Positions 10,492 to 23,722 of a stretch of 64,000 nt of DNA are shown one piece after another. The DNA lies in contig NMRA01000528.1 in assembly GCA_002633005.1 (NCBI GenBank), positions 1-64,000 of the forward strand, read 5' to 3'. The translations under genes and the position numbers were made by a program. Every line of letters starts with the position of its first letter. Positions within the stretch are counted from its first letter, which is position 1. The notes under the pieces are model-generated. The model saw nothing but the letters and a program-made list of their open reading frames with translations, was not told where the DNA came from and ran no database searches. Origin of the DNA: Phoronis australis. Its lineage: Eukaryota > Animalia > Phoronida.

Positions 10492-12453
10492 TCACAGATC
10501 TGCATACCTGAACACTTTCACCTCAGTAGCATAACGTTTTGAAGGACGTTGTGACACAGCCACTTCTCCAGGACCAGTGACAGCAAGGCCAGTGGGGCCA
10601 TTGACTGCATTCCTCCCGATGAGAACAACCACCTGTTCAGACACATCTGATAATAACACTACCTGATTGTTAGAATAGTCAGCAACAAGAATGTGCCCCC
10701 ACTTATCAACACAAACACCACGGAGATGTTTACCCAGTTGGTGAGTGAATGTTTTAACAATGGATGGCAGTTTGGGGTGAATAACAAGTACACGACCTTG
10801 ACCCTCATCACTCACCACCAGGTGTCCTTTACCATCGACACACACACATCGTGGATTGAATGCGCTCAATCCCAGTGACTCTTTACTAATCACTTTTCTA
10901 ATGTTACAGTCAAAGTCAGTCAAAAGCACACCTCCACTTTTAAAATCTGTCACAATCAGTTGGTCCTCAATTTCGTGACACGTTATACCACCACGACTAC
11001 TAAACAAACAGGGTGTCACCTTCAAGACCTGACCCTTACCATTGTACCTCACAACACCTTGACTACCGCAATCAGTAACAAATATATCACCATATTTAGT
11101 ACAGGTCACATCAACTGGATTCTTCAGTTTATGTTCACCCTGGTCCACCTCAAACAAAAAGCAACCACTAGATTTGTCAAATACTTTAACTTTGTGGCTA
11201 TGGAAACCAGTGGTAATTAGCCAATCATCTTGCACTGCCAGTCCATCACAGTCAGTGTTCACCTCACCAAAAATGCTCACAGTCAAACATCGTACAAGGA
11301 TCGGTTCATCTTTCATGTCAGGCTGCCAGGTACTTTCCGGCACACTTGATTTCACACGCTCTTTTTCACATTTGGTCACTGCTGGCACCTTCAAATTAGG
11401 AACAACCAAAGCGCCAGAATGTAACTCAAACTCATAAAAAGTAACCTCACTTTCCAACTTTTTAATGTCCAGGCTCTCAAGACGGGTTTTTGAGTCCTGA
11501 AACTTTTGCAGTTTTTCAGCATCTTGTGCTGAATCAAGAATTTCTTGGCAATACTCCATCGTGCTTGTTATGCTTAAATTACGATTTTCAGCTACACTGT
11601 ATGCCACCTCCGCCTGCTTGCGGGCACTTGCGATTTCACCTTTCAGTTCGTCAACTGCCTCATTCATCTTCACTTCAATTTCCTTAATGATATCCTCTTT
11701 GAACGTTTGATAGGACTGTTGTATTTCGCTTGTCAAGCGTTCTTCTTCATCACCAAGCTTGTCCAATACCTTCTTGCGTTCCGCACACAATATTACAGAA
11801 TGGTCCGAGGCCATTTTCCAAGTGTCCAGTAACTCTCGTAAGACATCATCAGCCTTTCTAGCTGCTTCTTCAATTCCTCTTCTTTTATGACCATCATGGT
11901 CGAACATTGCACACAAATGGCAAAGAGGTTTCATGCAATTTTCGCAATAAACCTCCAGTAACTTTTCTGGGTGTATTGGACAGTGGACTCTCTGAAACCG
12001 AAGTATCTCTTCAAAGTGCTTGCCATCTTTGACCTCTTGCAAACTGACCACTTTGTGATTGCGAGTTAATTTAGTAAGGGCATGTGCGTCAGCACAACGC
12101 TGACACAAGTGGTCTCTGCACTGAATACACATATGAGTCGCGGGGCTGTCAACATCTTGAAATTTACACACATCACACTTGATCTCGGAAACTTCCGGAA
12201 AAAGCTCACTAATCTGAGTGAGATAAAGATTACGTCTGAACTCTGTGACGCCATCTGGTGGCACCTGGAATTTCAGGTTACACATTGGACACAGGAAGGA
12301 ACCATCTTCTTGATTCTCATCCATGTGTTGTCTGATGCACTTCTCACAGAATGAGTGAAGGCACGGCAAACAACGTGGATCTGTGTAACGTTCCAGACAT
12401 ATTGGACACTCCAGTATCTGTTGGAAGTTTTCATCATCCTTACAGTGAGCCAT
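10492..12453 (-). CDS. TRIM-NHL family E3 ubiquitin ligase-like protein (TRIM2/3/56-like), 653 aa, single coding exon
   Basis: C3HC4 RING (CPIC..CLHSFCEKC..CPMC), B-box1 (CDVC..CIQC..CQRC..H..H), B-box2 (CPIH..CENC..CHLC..H..H), coiled coil, and NHL-type repeats (NPVDVT..GDIFVTD, NPRCVCVDGKGHLVVSD, RGVCVDKWGHILVAD, GPTGLAV). The true start is probably the ATG at 12453, just after a ttttcag acceptor conserved in the paralogue. Confidence 0.93.
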   Translation of the reverse strand: MAHCKDDENFQQILECPICLERYTDPRCLPCLHSFCEKCIRQHMDENQEDGSFLCPMCNLKFQVPPDGVTEFRRNLYLTQISELFPEVSEIKCDVCKFQDVDSPATHMCIQCRDHLCQRCADAHALTKLTRNHKVVSLQEVKDGKHFEEILRFQRVHCPIHPEKLLEVYCENCMKPLCHLCAMFDHDGHKRRGIEEAARKADDVLRELLDTWKMASDHSVILCAERKKVLDKLGDEEERLTSEIQQSYQTFKEDIIKEIEVKMNEAVDELKGEIASARKQAEVAYSVAENRNLSITSTMEYCQEILDSAQDAEKLQKFQDSKTRLESLDIKKLESEVTFYEFELHSGALVVPNLKVPAVTKCEKERVKSSVPESTWQPDMKDEPILVRCLTVSIFGEVNTDCDGLAVQDDWLITTGFHSHKVKVFDKSSGCFLFEVDQGEHKLKNPVDVTCTKYGDIFVTDCGSQGVVRYNGKGQVLKVTPCLFSSRGGITCHEIEDQLIVTDFKSGGVLLTDFDCNIRKVISKESLGLSAFNPRCVCVDGKGHLVVSDEGQGRVLVIHPKLPSIVKTFTHQLGKHLRGVCVDKWGHILVADYSNNQVVLLSDVSEQVVVLIGRNAVNGPTGLAVTGPGEVAVSQRPSKRYATEVKVFRYADL

Positions 12454-14054
12454 TTTCTGAAAAAAATAAGTATATGAAACCCTACTTAGGGAAGCATACA
12501 AAGTCAGTTAAGTCACCGAGAACCCCATGACAGTCTACCCGTAGAAATCCAATCAATGAATAGAATGCAACAAAATCTCACCAATTTACAACACAATTAT
12601 ATGTCAAGCCCATGAAAAATGTTAAGCAAGAACTCACATTATCTTGCATGGCTACATTGCTCAACTGAATTATTATAAGCACATAAGCTAGCTCCTTGAC
12701 AGGTGCGTGTTTCATGAGAATCCTACATTCACAACCCCTCACTGGTTGAGATTGGGCAACATGACGGGTTCGCAAACCTCTGAGTATATCTGCTACATTG
12801 ATCAAAGATATAGCCATGCTGTTGTAGTTAATTCATCGCGTCTATCGGGTTGCTGACGTTGACGTTAGTCTAGATTCTCAGAGCCATCATAAACACACTG
12901 AGAGCAACAATGGTATTTTAAAATTGTATACATTTTGAAAAATACAGATGATTAGGTTTTTGAACTGTGAAAATCGGACAAGCAATGTGACATTTACAAT
13001 TAACCTAAACATTTTTCACTGACGTTGATCCTCAATAATTCTGCTGAGTGTGCCACATGATTGGGGCAATTACCAAACCACAAGGCAGCAGTTGGATTTT
13101 GAGGTAAGCCAAGGGTCATCGTACCATTCTTGGCTTCTTTAAAAGTCATCAAGCTGATGAAGAATAAAGCAATTTACAATAATGAGCAATCCTCCCAGAT
13201 CTAAGTTCAACATGCTTCTAGCCATGGAAAAGCAAGGACAATTAAGTCATTGTGCTATGGTGAGACATTAGCTACTTTGGCACTTAAATACAAAAGTATT
13301 GCAGATGAACACACCTTTGATACCTTTTGACAGATGAACACAGTCTGGACACACCTTCACTATGAATGCCCACACTGTCCTACACGGAATAATGCCATTA
13401 TGATGACACAGGGCAGGTCGAATTTTCCATCATGACTGCTGACAGCAAGCTGCATCGACTACTTGAATAGCTGGAATAGAATGTAATGAACAGTAACGTA
13501 ACCTGTAAAGCTTACAGCCGAAATACACTGTAACGAAACCTAACTTGGTTACGTTATCGTAAAAATAAAAACTTAAAGATTGTGCAAATCATGATGCATC
13601 ATGTTTTCACTTTTACCTGTCTGATCAATATACTTGCTATTTAATAATAATAAGACCATTATCTTGGGCTGTCTCCGGTGAGTCCATTCTTTGTTGAATG
13701 ATGTTTAGGTAAATAAATACACAATCCACGAACATGTATATTTGATACTGTGGGGAATTTGTATGCCGGTGAGACCCGGAAATTAGTACTTCGGAAGAGT
13801 GCCCTCAAAGATGTCGATCTGTACCAAATTAGTCTCAATGATAGTTGACACAGGACAATTTATTTTTTCCATCCAGCAGACATTTTCAACATCTGTCTTT
13901 CCTGATGTATTCTACAGTGCTGACTGTGTCAATGTTATTTACCATCCTGATGAATTAACTATTTGAAAAAGGCTCACTTGTAGATTTCAGACAGTATTTT
14001 ATCATCCTGCAACCATTGTTAACAGGTTATTGCCCTGCTCCACATGATTGTTCT

Positions 14055-15430
14055 TCAGAGCGGCTTTTACCAGGATCAAAAGGCCCTTTCATATGGACTT
14101 AACTCCAGTCTGAGCAGAGCGTCGACATAAACAGCACAGTTAAATGGACCGTTCATACTGGCTTCGATAGTTAATGAACATTGAAGTAAACAGTTGGTGA
14201 CGCTGTCGTAATCGAAGTTATCGCAAGGTAGCGCTGCACGCTAAGATTTTTTTCAATGTGATAATTTGGGAACAATTACATGTGCTAAATGTCATTAAAC
14301 TTATTATTAAATCGATTGCTTGTTGTAAGAGCAAAATATAAGCAGCTAGAGTGACGACACTACCCTGTAACTCTTGACGATAACAGTGGCACCTGGCGAT
14401 AACTTCGACTGAACCGAAGTTAACCATTCATACGGCACCGCAGCGTCGACGCTGCGCTATTAAATCCATCTGTTAACTGCGATGTTAACTGGAGCTGTTA
14501 ACTGCGATCCAGGACCGGAGTTAAGCGTTCATACTGACCGCAACTCCCCAAACCATCGACGCGTCGACGTTAGTATGAAAGGCCCTGAAGAGACTGCAGT
14601 GCTGGAGTCAGATACAGTTGGGATGATGCATTGTCCAGTGCAAGCAAGACCCAATTACCTGTATTGTAATTACCCAAACACAAACTGTAGTAAACATCTC
14701 TGCCTGTACATATACTGGCAAATTTTCACAATGCATTAACCACCAATTTCCTTAAAAATGAACACCAGGGCGGTATTCAGCTAGAAAAAACAACCAAGTA
14801 TGGTTTTCAATTTTTAAAAATCAATGAACTAATACGCTAAAAACTAAACATTGGGTACGATTGAAGATAAACGACCATGCGTAATGATATACTATGTGGT
14901 TGCCGTGAACCTGTAATCTGGAAAGTTCAGGGATGGGTTCACAATTAACTAAATTAATTAAGTTTCGCTGAGACATCAAAATCTACCACTGTTTTTGATA
15001 CTTCAAGTTCAAAAATGACATAAAAATACCAGTCCCGGAAAGAAAAAGCAATTAGTAAACAAAAACGAAAAATTCGAAAACCGCTTTGAAACGTATTGAA
15101 ACCATTGTTCCTTTGGGAAGTGTCCCTTTGTCAAGTTAACACACAAATTAACTTTTTTAGTCATTGTGGTAATATTTAAAATGTACCAAGTTAAAACTAC
15201 TCTCCTCAGTTGCAGACCAACTCTGTGTAAATGCCAGACAAAACCAATTTGGGTGTAATAACAACCACAATTGTTGAGACCCTAAGCCTAGTGCTATTAC
15301 CTTTCCACTTCACTTGCTCAGATCTACCATACATCAATACAAAGGGTGTGCTGATAGGCAGCATGAAGTCATCTGGGGGCTTAGGGAATGTGAGCCCTGA
15401 CCAGTGTAAGCTAGAAATTCTCCACATGAC
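14055..15430. mobile_element. Copy of a dispersed non-autonomous DNA element (other copies at ~38428-39260, ~42083-42260, ~49100-50440)
   Basis: Shared blocks: gcttttaccaggatcaaa; attcagct(a/g)gaaaaaa..tttttaaaaatc; agggatgggttcacaattaact..caaaatctaccactgtttt..ctagaaattctccacatg. Confidence 0.7.
14081..14586. mobile_element. PIF/Harbinger-like MITE nested in the larger dispersed element
   Basis: TIRs aggccctttcata / tatgaaaggccct. It interrupts sequence that is contiguous in the copies at ~38880 and ~49170. Confidence 0.7.
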
Positions 15431-17676
15431 ATAAAAGAAATGTTTCTGTATATTGAAGGATTCTGGGGACTAGTAACCAACTACCTTGATGATCCAATCA
15501 TGTACAAATCAATTGAAAATTAAAGTACACATGGACGCCGTAGGCAGTGGACCAAGTTGGTAATGATATTTGGATTAGACAATCTGCCTGAACCAAACAG
15601 GAACAGAATAACTAGACATTTTGATGGATCAAGTTTATACAAAGAATGGAACATGACAAATGAAACCTAATTTAGAGTTTGGTGCAACTGCTCTATAGTC
15701 TCATTTCGGCCTCCAGCGCAGTCAGATTTGTGTTACGAGCTAAAAATTCTAAGTGTCAGGGTCCTGGGTGCATTGACTAAATCCTAGCTCATTTATTTGG
15801 AAAGTCACGGAAGCTGACCATAATCTGATCAGGGCTAGAAATAAAAATTAGCTGCAGGTCACACCTCAAAAATTCCAAAATGCGAACCAAGTGTTTGGAC
15901 AAATCCTAGCCAGCCAGCCAGCCATTTGTGAAGATTATCCTCAAAATACAGCTAGGTACCACTGTGCACATTTCAAAAAGCCTGGGTAGCTTATTCAACT
16001 CTGCTGGTCACCTCATAGTGAACTTATATCAACATGTAGAGCTAATAAGTGATGGGGGTGCATGCAAACTCTGGGAGTCAACTGAGGCTCACCTTGCCCA
16101 TTGCCATTTAAGTGAAAAACAAACTAATAAACGTCATTTCTCTTGCACGATACTCCGCCTTAAAAAAGTCTGTTGTTGTTTTGAAAACAGCTACGCTCGT
16201 GGCACATTTCCTATAAGTTGACAACATCTCTCAGGAAATGATGACAGCTTCACATTCAGCAAAATTTATTCTGAAATTTGGTTTGCTGGAATTAAAATAC
16301 AGTTTGCTAAAACTTGCAACGGAATGAAACCAGTTCGATAATTTGTTACGACATGTATACGTAACAGCTTGTGGAAGAAGAACAGTTGAATAAAGAATTG
16401 CCACAAAAGAAGCTGGGCAATAGGATATGCAATATTTCATGCTGGCGCCAAAAGCTGACGCAATAGATCGCACCAAAATTTTATGGAGCAGCAGTTGCAT
16501 GGTAGAATGCCATTTTTTCCAGCACACTTAAATAATTTAAGTTACTGAAGAGTGTAGTTTTTAATGACACTAATTCTGTGTGAGATGTTATTTGGTTAGT
16601 TTTTTACCCACATCAGCGCAAAGATGTACATTTAGTATACAGCTTTGCAACAAGGCTCGGCCAGTCCACAATTAAAAGTGTATGACTTAATTATTGCCAC
16701 CGAATTCCGCTGGTCCAAAGTCCTGATTTCGCAGTGATACCTCAAGCTTCCATTGCTTACAATCTGGCTGGTGCAGAGCCAGAGGAAAGGAAAGAAAGTC
16801 TTAACAGATTCCTGGCCTTTCCAAGAAAAATCACCTACGACATAGAAGTTACATAACTCATACAACTAACGGGCGGCGGGGCTAGATGAAAATCTCCTAC
16901 AAACCCGAAAAGAAACTCAGAAGGCACAGGAACCTTTCCCCTTTGGAGGGCGAATGCCCTGTCAAGGTAGAAACTAGTCTTAAGATTGTCTCGTCACGGA
17001 CGCCATTTCGGTTGCATTTCTTGGAAACCCAATCCGCGGCCCATGGTCAAAGTCGCCTCGGGTTTTTATTTTGTTCCGTTGAGCAAATCAAGTTTTAGAA
17101 CGGGAATGATGAGGTAGTGCAGACGCACTACACATCTTTATTTAACAACAAACCTTTGAAGGTTATCCAATACTTACTACTTAGTGCCTTGAATATGTTG
17201 AGGAGAATTCGCGAATCAACTTGCTGGGCTTCCATAGTTGCAGTGGTGGTCTCGCCCCCAGCCTCGCGTGAATTTCTTCATATGGTTTTTGATTGGTTAA
17301 TCCTGGATGAGGTTAGAGCTCGCTGGTTCCCATTAGGAGGTAGCCAGCGTGCCGACTCGGCGCGGCACGTAGCTGTAGTAAATACTACCTAGGTTCACGA
17401 CATAGGGAACCAGCTAGGAGGTCGGTTTGAGGGTTAGTTTGAGTGTGTGATAACATCTAGCTCCTTTGTTTACTGTTTGTCTGGTATGTCAACATGCAGG
17501 CCAAATAATATCTACCAGTCTCAGTATCGACCACGCGTGAACAGGGCAAACCCAGTACGTTATTACATTCAGACAGAATAAATTGTCTTAAATTCGTTGT
17601 AGTTGGACAATTATGGCGCTTCAAAAACTAAACTTGATCAGCATTTTACAAAGAAATCGGAAATGTTATTGCTATA

Positions 17677-17836
17677 CAGTGGCGGATTTAGAAAGGGGCC
17701 AAGGGGGCCATGCCCCCCCCCCCTAAAATTCACGCTGATCCAATGTGGCAGTTGGGGGCTGCGATTGTCTGCCGTGCTAAATCCTGGCTAATACTCTGCC
17801 GTGCCCCCCCAACTCAAAATCCTGGATCCGCCACTG
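17677..17836. mobile_element. MITE with 5-bp TSD (CAGTGGCGGAT termini)
   Basis: TIRs cagtggcggatttag / ctggatccgccactg; TSD ctata. Confidence 0.8.
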
Positions 17837-20800
17837 CTATAAGTTCAAACATTTTATAACTTAACGTAATTGTTACAATGGACAAGTTACATCGAAATTC
17901 AATTGACCAAAGAGCGTCCTATGGACCAACTACGTCCGTCGTAATAAATTATAGGCCTATACTTGAGAAAAGCAGGGTCAAGTTTACGCAAAGAAATACA
18001 ATACAAATTTGCCAAAATAGCTGCTTAGGCTTCAGTTCGGCCCAGTGGAACCATTTGGTGAGTGGTTATCAGTCCTCAGTTAACTTTGATGCCAGTGTGG
18101 CGGGGGCAAACTGACAAAGGCGCGAAATGCTTAAACACGCCAGTGCATGAAGAGGCTGAAGTTTTGCCTAAGAGCAGGTAACATATGATGACATGGGTAC
18201 TCCCATTCAATCCGCATTCTAGACCACATGCCGCGGTTTACAATTAAAGGCCTTATACCAACCTTTCTTTTGTTAGTCGCCGGCTCACTATTTTGTTCAA
18301 CGTCACACGCAAACGCTCAATTATAACCACGCAGAGTAAATGCAGTTTTATTGTAACTATTCTCCGTCTACTACACTAATTTTTCACGAGGAATTCAACT
18401 TCAGAAGCCAAACACGTTCAAAATTACCAGTATGATCTGCCCTTGACATTTTCAATTTATTCAGTCTGTATTTTATTGCCGTCGGTGAACACATCGCTAA
18501 TGGGATAATTGCCCTTCACAACACAACAGGAGCTCAGATGAACTTATGTGATATCAACAGCAGACGACGGCAACGGTTTTGCCGGTTGACTAGAGAAGCA
18601 TTGCCCAACTACTAAGGTCCAATGTATGGCTAGGTTTCCTACTAAGTCACCTTGACCCAGTGTTTCGTTTCGACGTGTACTCTTCATCTTGACACGAAAC
18701 GAGACGATCGGTCGCAAGTTGGTCTACCTCAAAAGCTGGTAAAACTTAACACCGACTTCGGTGACAGTTCATTTCGGGTCATCTTCTGCTCATATGCATT
18801 TAGTTGCCCGGTGTCAACTGTGTGTCGTCAGCACAGGAACGCGTAAAAGGATACCAAAGCCGGTATTAGCCTATGAACAGAGCTTGAAATCGACGTTTCC
18901 ATCTAGTTCTCTACAATAGAATGCTCTGTAACTTCGACACTTCATAAATCCTCGAAGTGTGCTAAACGGGGAAGCCTGACCTACACTTTAGACCGGGTTA
19001 GTTACACCACTCAACGGAAATGAGATCACCCACCAAGAACCACAACATCCTGTCTGTGACGAAGAAAGTATGTTATTTGTTGAATCCTGTGTTTGTCACT
19101 GAAGTAAGGGAGCCAATGACTGAATATTTGGCAGGTGGCAGCACTAGTATTCAGGGTTCAGTTCTTTTTTCAGTGAAACTTGCAAGTCTCAAACGAGTAT
19201 GAACAAAAAAAATGGACAAAGACATTTATTTCTTTTAACACTCAGAACATGTACAACACCAAAACGTTGTAAATTTAACCAACCAAGTTATGGCAAATCC
19301 CAAGGGGCTCATAATGAGATAACGTGAATTGCATAGCATTATTTTGAAATGTTTTCGCCGACGGTTTTCGAAAAACCTTTGCATTGGTTTATGATAACGT
19401 ACACATTTCTAACCACTAAACTGTTAAGATTTCAGATAGCAGCCTTCAGTAAAAACTTGCACGTACTGGTCTTTTGACGGTGCAAACAATTTTAAATAAT
19501 TCATTATGGGCAGACACTGAGGAATTTCCACAGGCTCAAGCAATCTACTCAGGCTAGTAGTCGCACGCAGTGAGACCTTATATGCAAGACTTTATTCTCA
19601 ATGCACGAGATCTTATCTTAGCAGAAGCCCCCCCCTGGCCTAGCAGTGAGTTACGTACCTCAAATTGGAGCGTTGTTTCTGGTATGTAGGCCTATGCCTG
19701 CACGCTATCATGTTTTTTTTGTCGTTCTAGAGGTACTGGCAAAATTACTCGTGACCACACCAAGAACTAAAGAAAAAAGTTGAACACCCAAAGATTGTCT
19801 TTTGTAGAGCTTGGTGGTAAAATAGATACCAGAATTTCCCGGAAACTGAGGTTAGCACACAAAGTCGGAGCCGCACCTATCCGCTGGAAATTGAAGAGCA
19901 TATCATATGGAAACTACAAGTCTGTTGTGTCAGATCAATGTCTCCAGTACGAACATGCTTACAGGAAAGTACTTTAAGTGACATAAGACACTGCTAATAA
20001 AGATCTTTGTCCAGGGCTAATTATTAAAGTGAGGTCAGCCGACTTCAAAGGTCATAATTTAAGTTCAACACATGCATGTGTGATCGCATGCCACAAACAC
20101 TGGGACAAGTGCATAGGCTTCAGGTCGCCTGTAATGTCCAATGTACACACTGGCAACGCCATCTAGTGTTAGGTAATAGAAACAGACTACTTCTATCCAA
20201 ATTGCTTCCAGTGCATAAAATGACAAACCTGTCAACCTCAACGAGTCTTCAGCCACATGACAGCGGTTTCTAAAATCAAAAATTATTTTCTAAGCAAAGG
20301 AGATACAAGATGAAACCACGTCCCAGTTCTGCTTTAAGTGTTTATTTGTTTCTGTTCAAGACATAAGTTGCTTTCCCACCAAAAAGCAGACTCACAGTTC
20401 ACCCTACATGGACTCTGGTCAAGACAGGCAAAGTGCAGATGCTTCATCCAAACTTACATGAATTTTCCAGGAAATTGAAAGAAGTTTTAATCAGATTTTC
20501 ATGCACCAGAACAATTTTCATCATTTCCAGGTTTTTCATGATGAGAAGGGAATCCATGACTAATAAAAAAATTTACATGGAAATTTGACACTAGCACTAG
20601 GTTCAGCAGCCAAAAAGGTACTCTACGTTGACTTCAGTACTTAATCAAAACTGTATCTTAGCTTAATCATGCAAAAATAAATAAATCCACTTCCCAACCT
20701 GCTCAATAGCCCTAAGGACTCACGACCAGAGACTCACCTAGCAGCCGTCATGGCCGTCACAGGGACAGTCATTTTTAAAGGATGACAGTTTAAAAGGCAC

Positions 20801-22238
20801 GTCCAAGAGAGAGACACCAATTCCATAAATATTCAGACATAAATCGAGATCACAGAATATTACTGTCCATTTTCACCAATAAACGTCACACTGACATATG
20901 GCAAAGGCTGACAGCCTTGTTTTTGGAGGGAATACCTCCTCACCTGTGACGTCAGGATGACCTCATATGGAAACCCCACATATGGGAGTGTAAATCTCCT
21001 GAATTTAAACCCCCCTTTCTCTAGATGAGTCCCTGCTCGTGACTTAGGCGAGATCACAAAAGCACAACGCAAGGTTTCACTAGTGTTTTCTAAGTGCACT
21101 CACTTGTCAGTAGGATACACCAGCAAAATGTCCACCAATTAAGATTTTTCACTTTTATACATTTTTTTTCATATACCCGCAAATAGTATTTATGAACATA
21201 TGACTGGGGAAGGACAGCCACCATAGATAGAGAGACAGGGATTGGCTGTCATGTGACTTTGTATACGATGTAGAGCACGGTAGCACTTTTATTGTTTTAT
21301 GTGAAACGAAATGTTATGTGCCGTGAAAACCGGTGGGTCGATATTGAAACAGGTACCGACATGCAAGTATTTTCGCAATCTTTGTAGTGATATCATTGTT
21401 GAGATATGAAATGAAAATCTTAAGTCCTTAATCTAAATATCCTGCTAATAGTGCTCAGCATATTAATTTTTTGGTCCTATTGGTCAGTATTTAGTATTCA
21501 ATATACCAATGTCCCTTACCAGCCTACGGTCACACTGGTTTGTTCACAGTCAGCTTCCACACAATAACATGACACCGCGCAAGCTGTGGGCTTTCAAGAC
21601 TATTTAGAACGTTTTATCTATGGCAGCCACCACTCAACAGCTATTTGTATACCTGAATGTCGACTTGAGAGAGTAAACCCACAGTACTTTCAAAAAAAAA
21701 AAATCCTGAAGGAATCTAATTTCGTTGGAAATCGGCGGAAAACTCAGACCAAAAATTTTGGTAAAATTTTCAAACGATTCTTACATTCGACTTTGACGAA
21801 GCTTAACAAATGCTGATGGAATTCATTGATATTCTTGTCATTAAATACGCAAATTGGAGACTAATTTTGTGATCCAAACCAGGATACCTCCATGCACGTG
21901 TCTCACTGACTACGATTATTAGGGAAAGTATAATAATATTTTAATCCAAGATTCCAATTTACAACCATGTTTACATTACACGAAAAATCAAGATTTGATC
22001 AAATTCCAATCAGAATTCAAAAAAAAAACAACATTAATTCATAAAAACTATAGACGAATAATAGGTTTAATAAAAAAACTGACAAATTCGAGTCGATTTT
22101 TACCGCAAGAAACGTGAAGAATATCGAAAAAGGCCAGTAATGGTTACACAATCACCGAAAAAATTTCTGCTCCAAAATTTGACACATTTTTAATGACGAG
22201 AGAACACTGGTCAGAGAATGACTGAACTACTAGGATTC

Positions 22239-22346
22239 CTATGACTGCCGGAGTCTTGAATGTCCGAAGAGAAACTGCAGCGAGCGGTCGACGAGCAGAC
22301 AACCCACAAAGTCTCCAACTAGCACCGGTATGACCAGATTACGCAG
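22239..22346 (-). CDS. ATP13A1: ATP13A1 (P5A-ATPase) last coding exon, LRNLVIPVLVGDFVGCLLVDRSLQFLFGHSRLRQS*
   Basis: tttttcag acceptor, phase 0, TAG stop. Resembles the final TM/C-terminal segment (D..L.FLFG) of P5A ATPases. Confidence 0.88.
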   Translation of the reverse strand: MRNLVIPVLVGDFVGCLLVDRSLQFLFGHSRLRQS

Positions 22347-22856
22347 CTGAAAAACAAAAACGGGAACGCAGCTTTAAACGATTATTCACTATCCATTAAA
22401 ATGTCACCCATTTCGACAAAAAAATAATTACCAAAAAGCCCTTTGCTGTGTCATTTTTAAGGTATTGTGAGAGCTTGTGAGTGATGGTAGACTAACAATA
22501 TTTTTCAATAATTCCATGCCATACATTTTATATCAAAAAATAAGAAACTAATATTTCAGTTGTCGGCTATATTGTGTCTTACATTGGTGAGATACCGTAT
22601 GCTGTATTTGGTTTAGTCACCATAAATATTACAAAGTTTATTACAAAATGTGGTGAATCCTGGAATTTCAGTTCATCGCAGCTCTCAAAAATTTAATTAA
22701 CTATCAACGAGGTTTTAACTGAAGTCTGAATAGTTCACAAACTACAGCTGTAAGTAAACAACATTTCTTAAAATTCTGACCATTCACTGCTACGTAGTAA
22801 GCCTTTGAAAGCAAGAGCAATTCAACCCATAATTTGAAGAATTCTCACCAGAGGGG

Positions 22857-22978
22857 GGCAGTGTTGCCAAGTGGGATAAATGTCCAATTCTATTACTCAA
22901 GGTCTAAGTTCAAGTCCCACTGGGGCACACTGCTAGACCCTTGAGTCAGGTCTCCAGCTCCTCAGATCAGTTTTAATT
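22857..22978 (+). mobile_element. tRNA-derived SINE head (degenerate)
   Basis: A-box-like ttgccaagtgg and B-box-like gttcaagtcc, then tggggcacactgctagaccc..gagtcaggtctccagctcc shared with 28082-28204. Confidence 0.7.
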
Positions 22979-23578
22979 ACATTATAAATAAAGCATAAAA
23001 ATGTTTCATTGCACTGGGGCCATCTGAGACACCTGCTCACAGCTGCAATTATTTTTTACAATTAGAAGAATGTTCACCACTTGCATACAACAAAAAGGTG
23101 CACCAATGTCATATAAAGTACAGTGTATGTGCCACAAAGCTAAACAGTTTAAAAAAGTGATACCTCCTGTTGAAAATCCCCAGTTTTGTCCAAACCATGA
23201 GAAAAACAACGAAGGATGTGAGATGAGAATTTGGAGAATTCATTTGAATCAGCTGACAATTTTAGATCCAAAACTCCTGATGTTGCTTATTTGGAAGGTA
23301 GTCCTCATTGTTGACAATTTTGTTGTAATATTTATTGGGTGAAATAATAAAAACGTCAAATACGTAAAGAATAACTGTAGCAGTACTTGGTTTGTCCAAA
23401 GACGTAAGCAGAGGATTAAATCTCATTTTACTGGTTACTAACAGACGTACATAAGGGGGAAGAATACTTTTGTAAATATGGGTAGAGAGCTGCCGATTTT
23501 GCGCCTGTCGCAACACAAATGTGCCACTGTCGCGAAACAGCGGTCAATTTCAAACTCTGTCTCTAACCACACACTTAC

Positions 23579-23722
23579 ATCATCGGGTAGGATGACAAAC
23601 TGCAGCTGGTCGCTTAATTCTGGCACGATCCCGCTGGCGATGGCCGTAATGGTGCCGCCAGAGATGAACAAGCTGTAGAGTAGCGGTCGGTTCTCAGTCA
23701 GGCTCTCCATGAATGGGTGGCC
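23579..23722 (-). CDS. ATP13A1: ATP13A1 exon GHPFMESLTENRPLLYSL...QFVILPDD
   Basis: 144 nt, phase 0-0, AG/GTAAG; conserved GHPFMESL.EN.PLLYSL motif. Confidence 0.93.

Noticed and set aside
12454-12501. N-terminal extension MYASLSRVSYTYFFQK in the ORF track
   Set aside because: It starts at a non-ATG codon and spans a polypyrimidine/AG acceptor. Similarity to the paralogue decays upstream of that acceptor, so it is intronic.
22857-22935. tRNA gene (also 28082-28155)
   Set aside because: No convincing cloverleaf or acceptor stem; both copies share a non-tRNA body, indicating a SINE.
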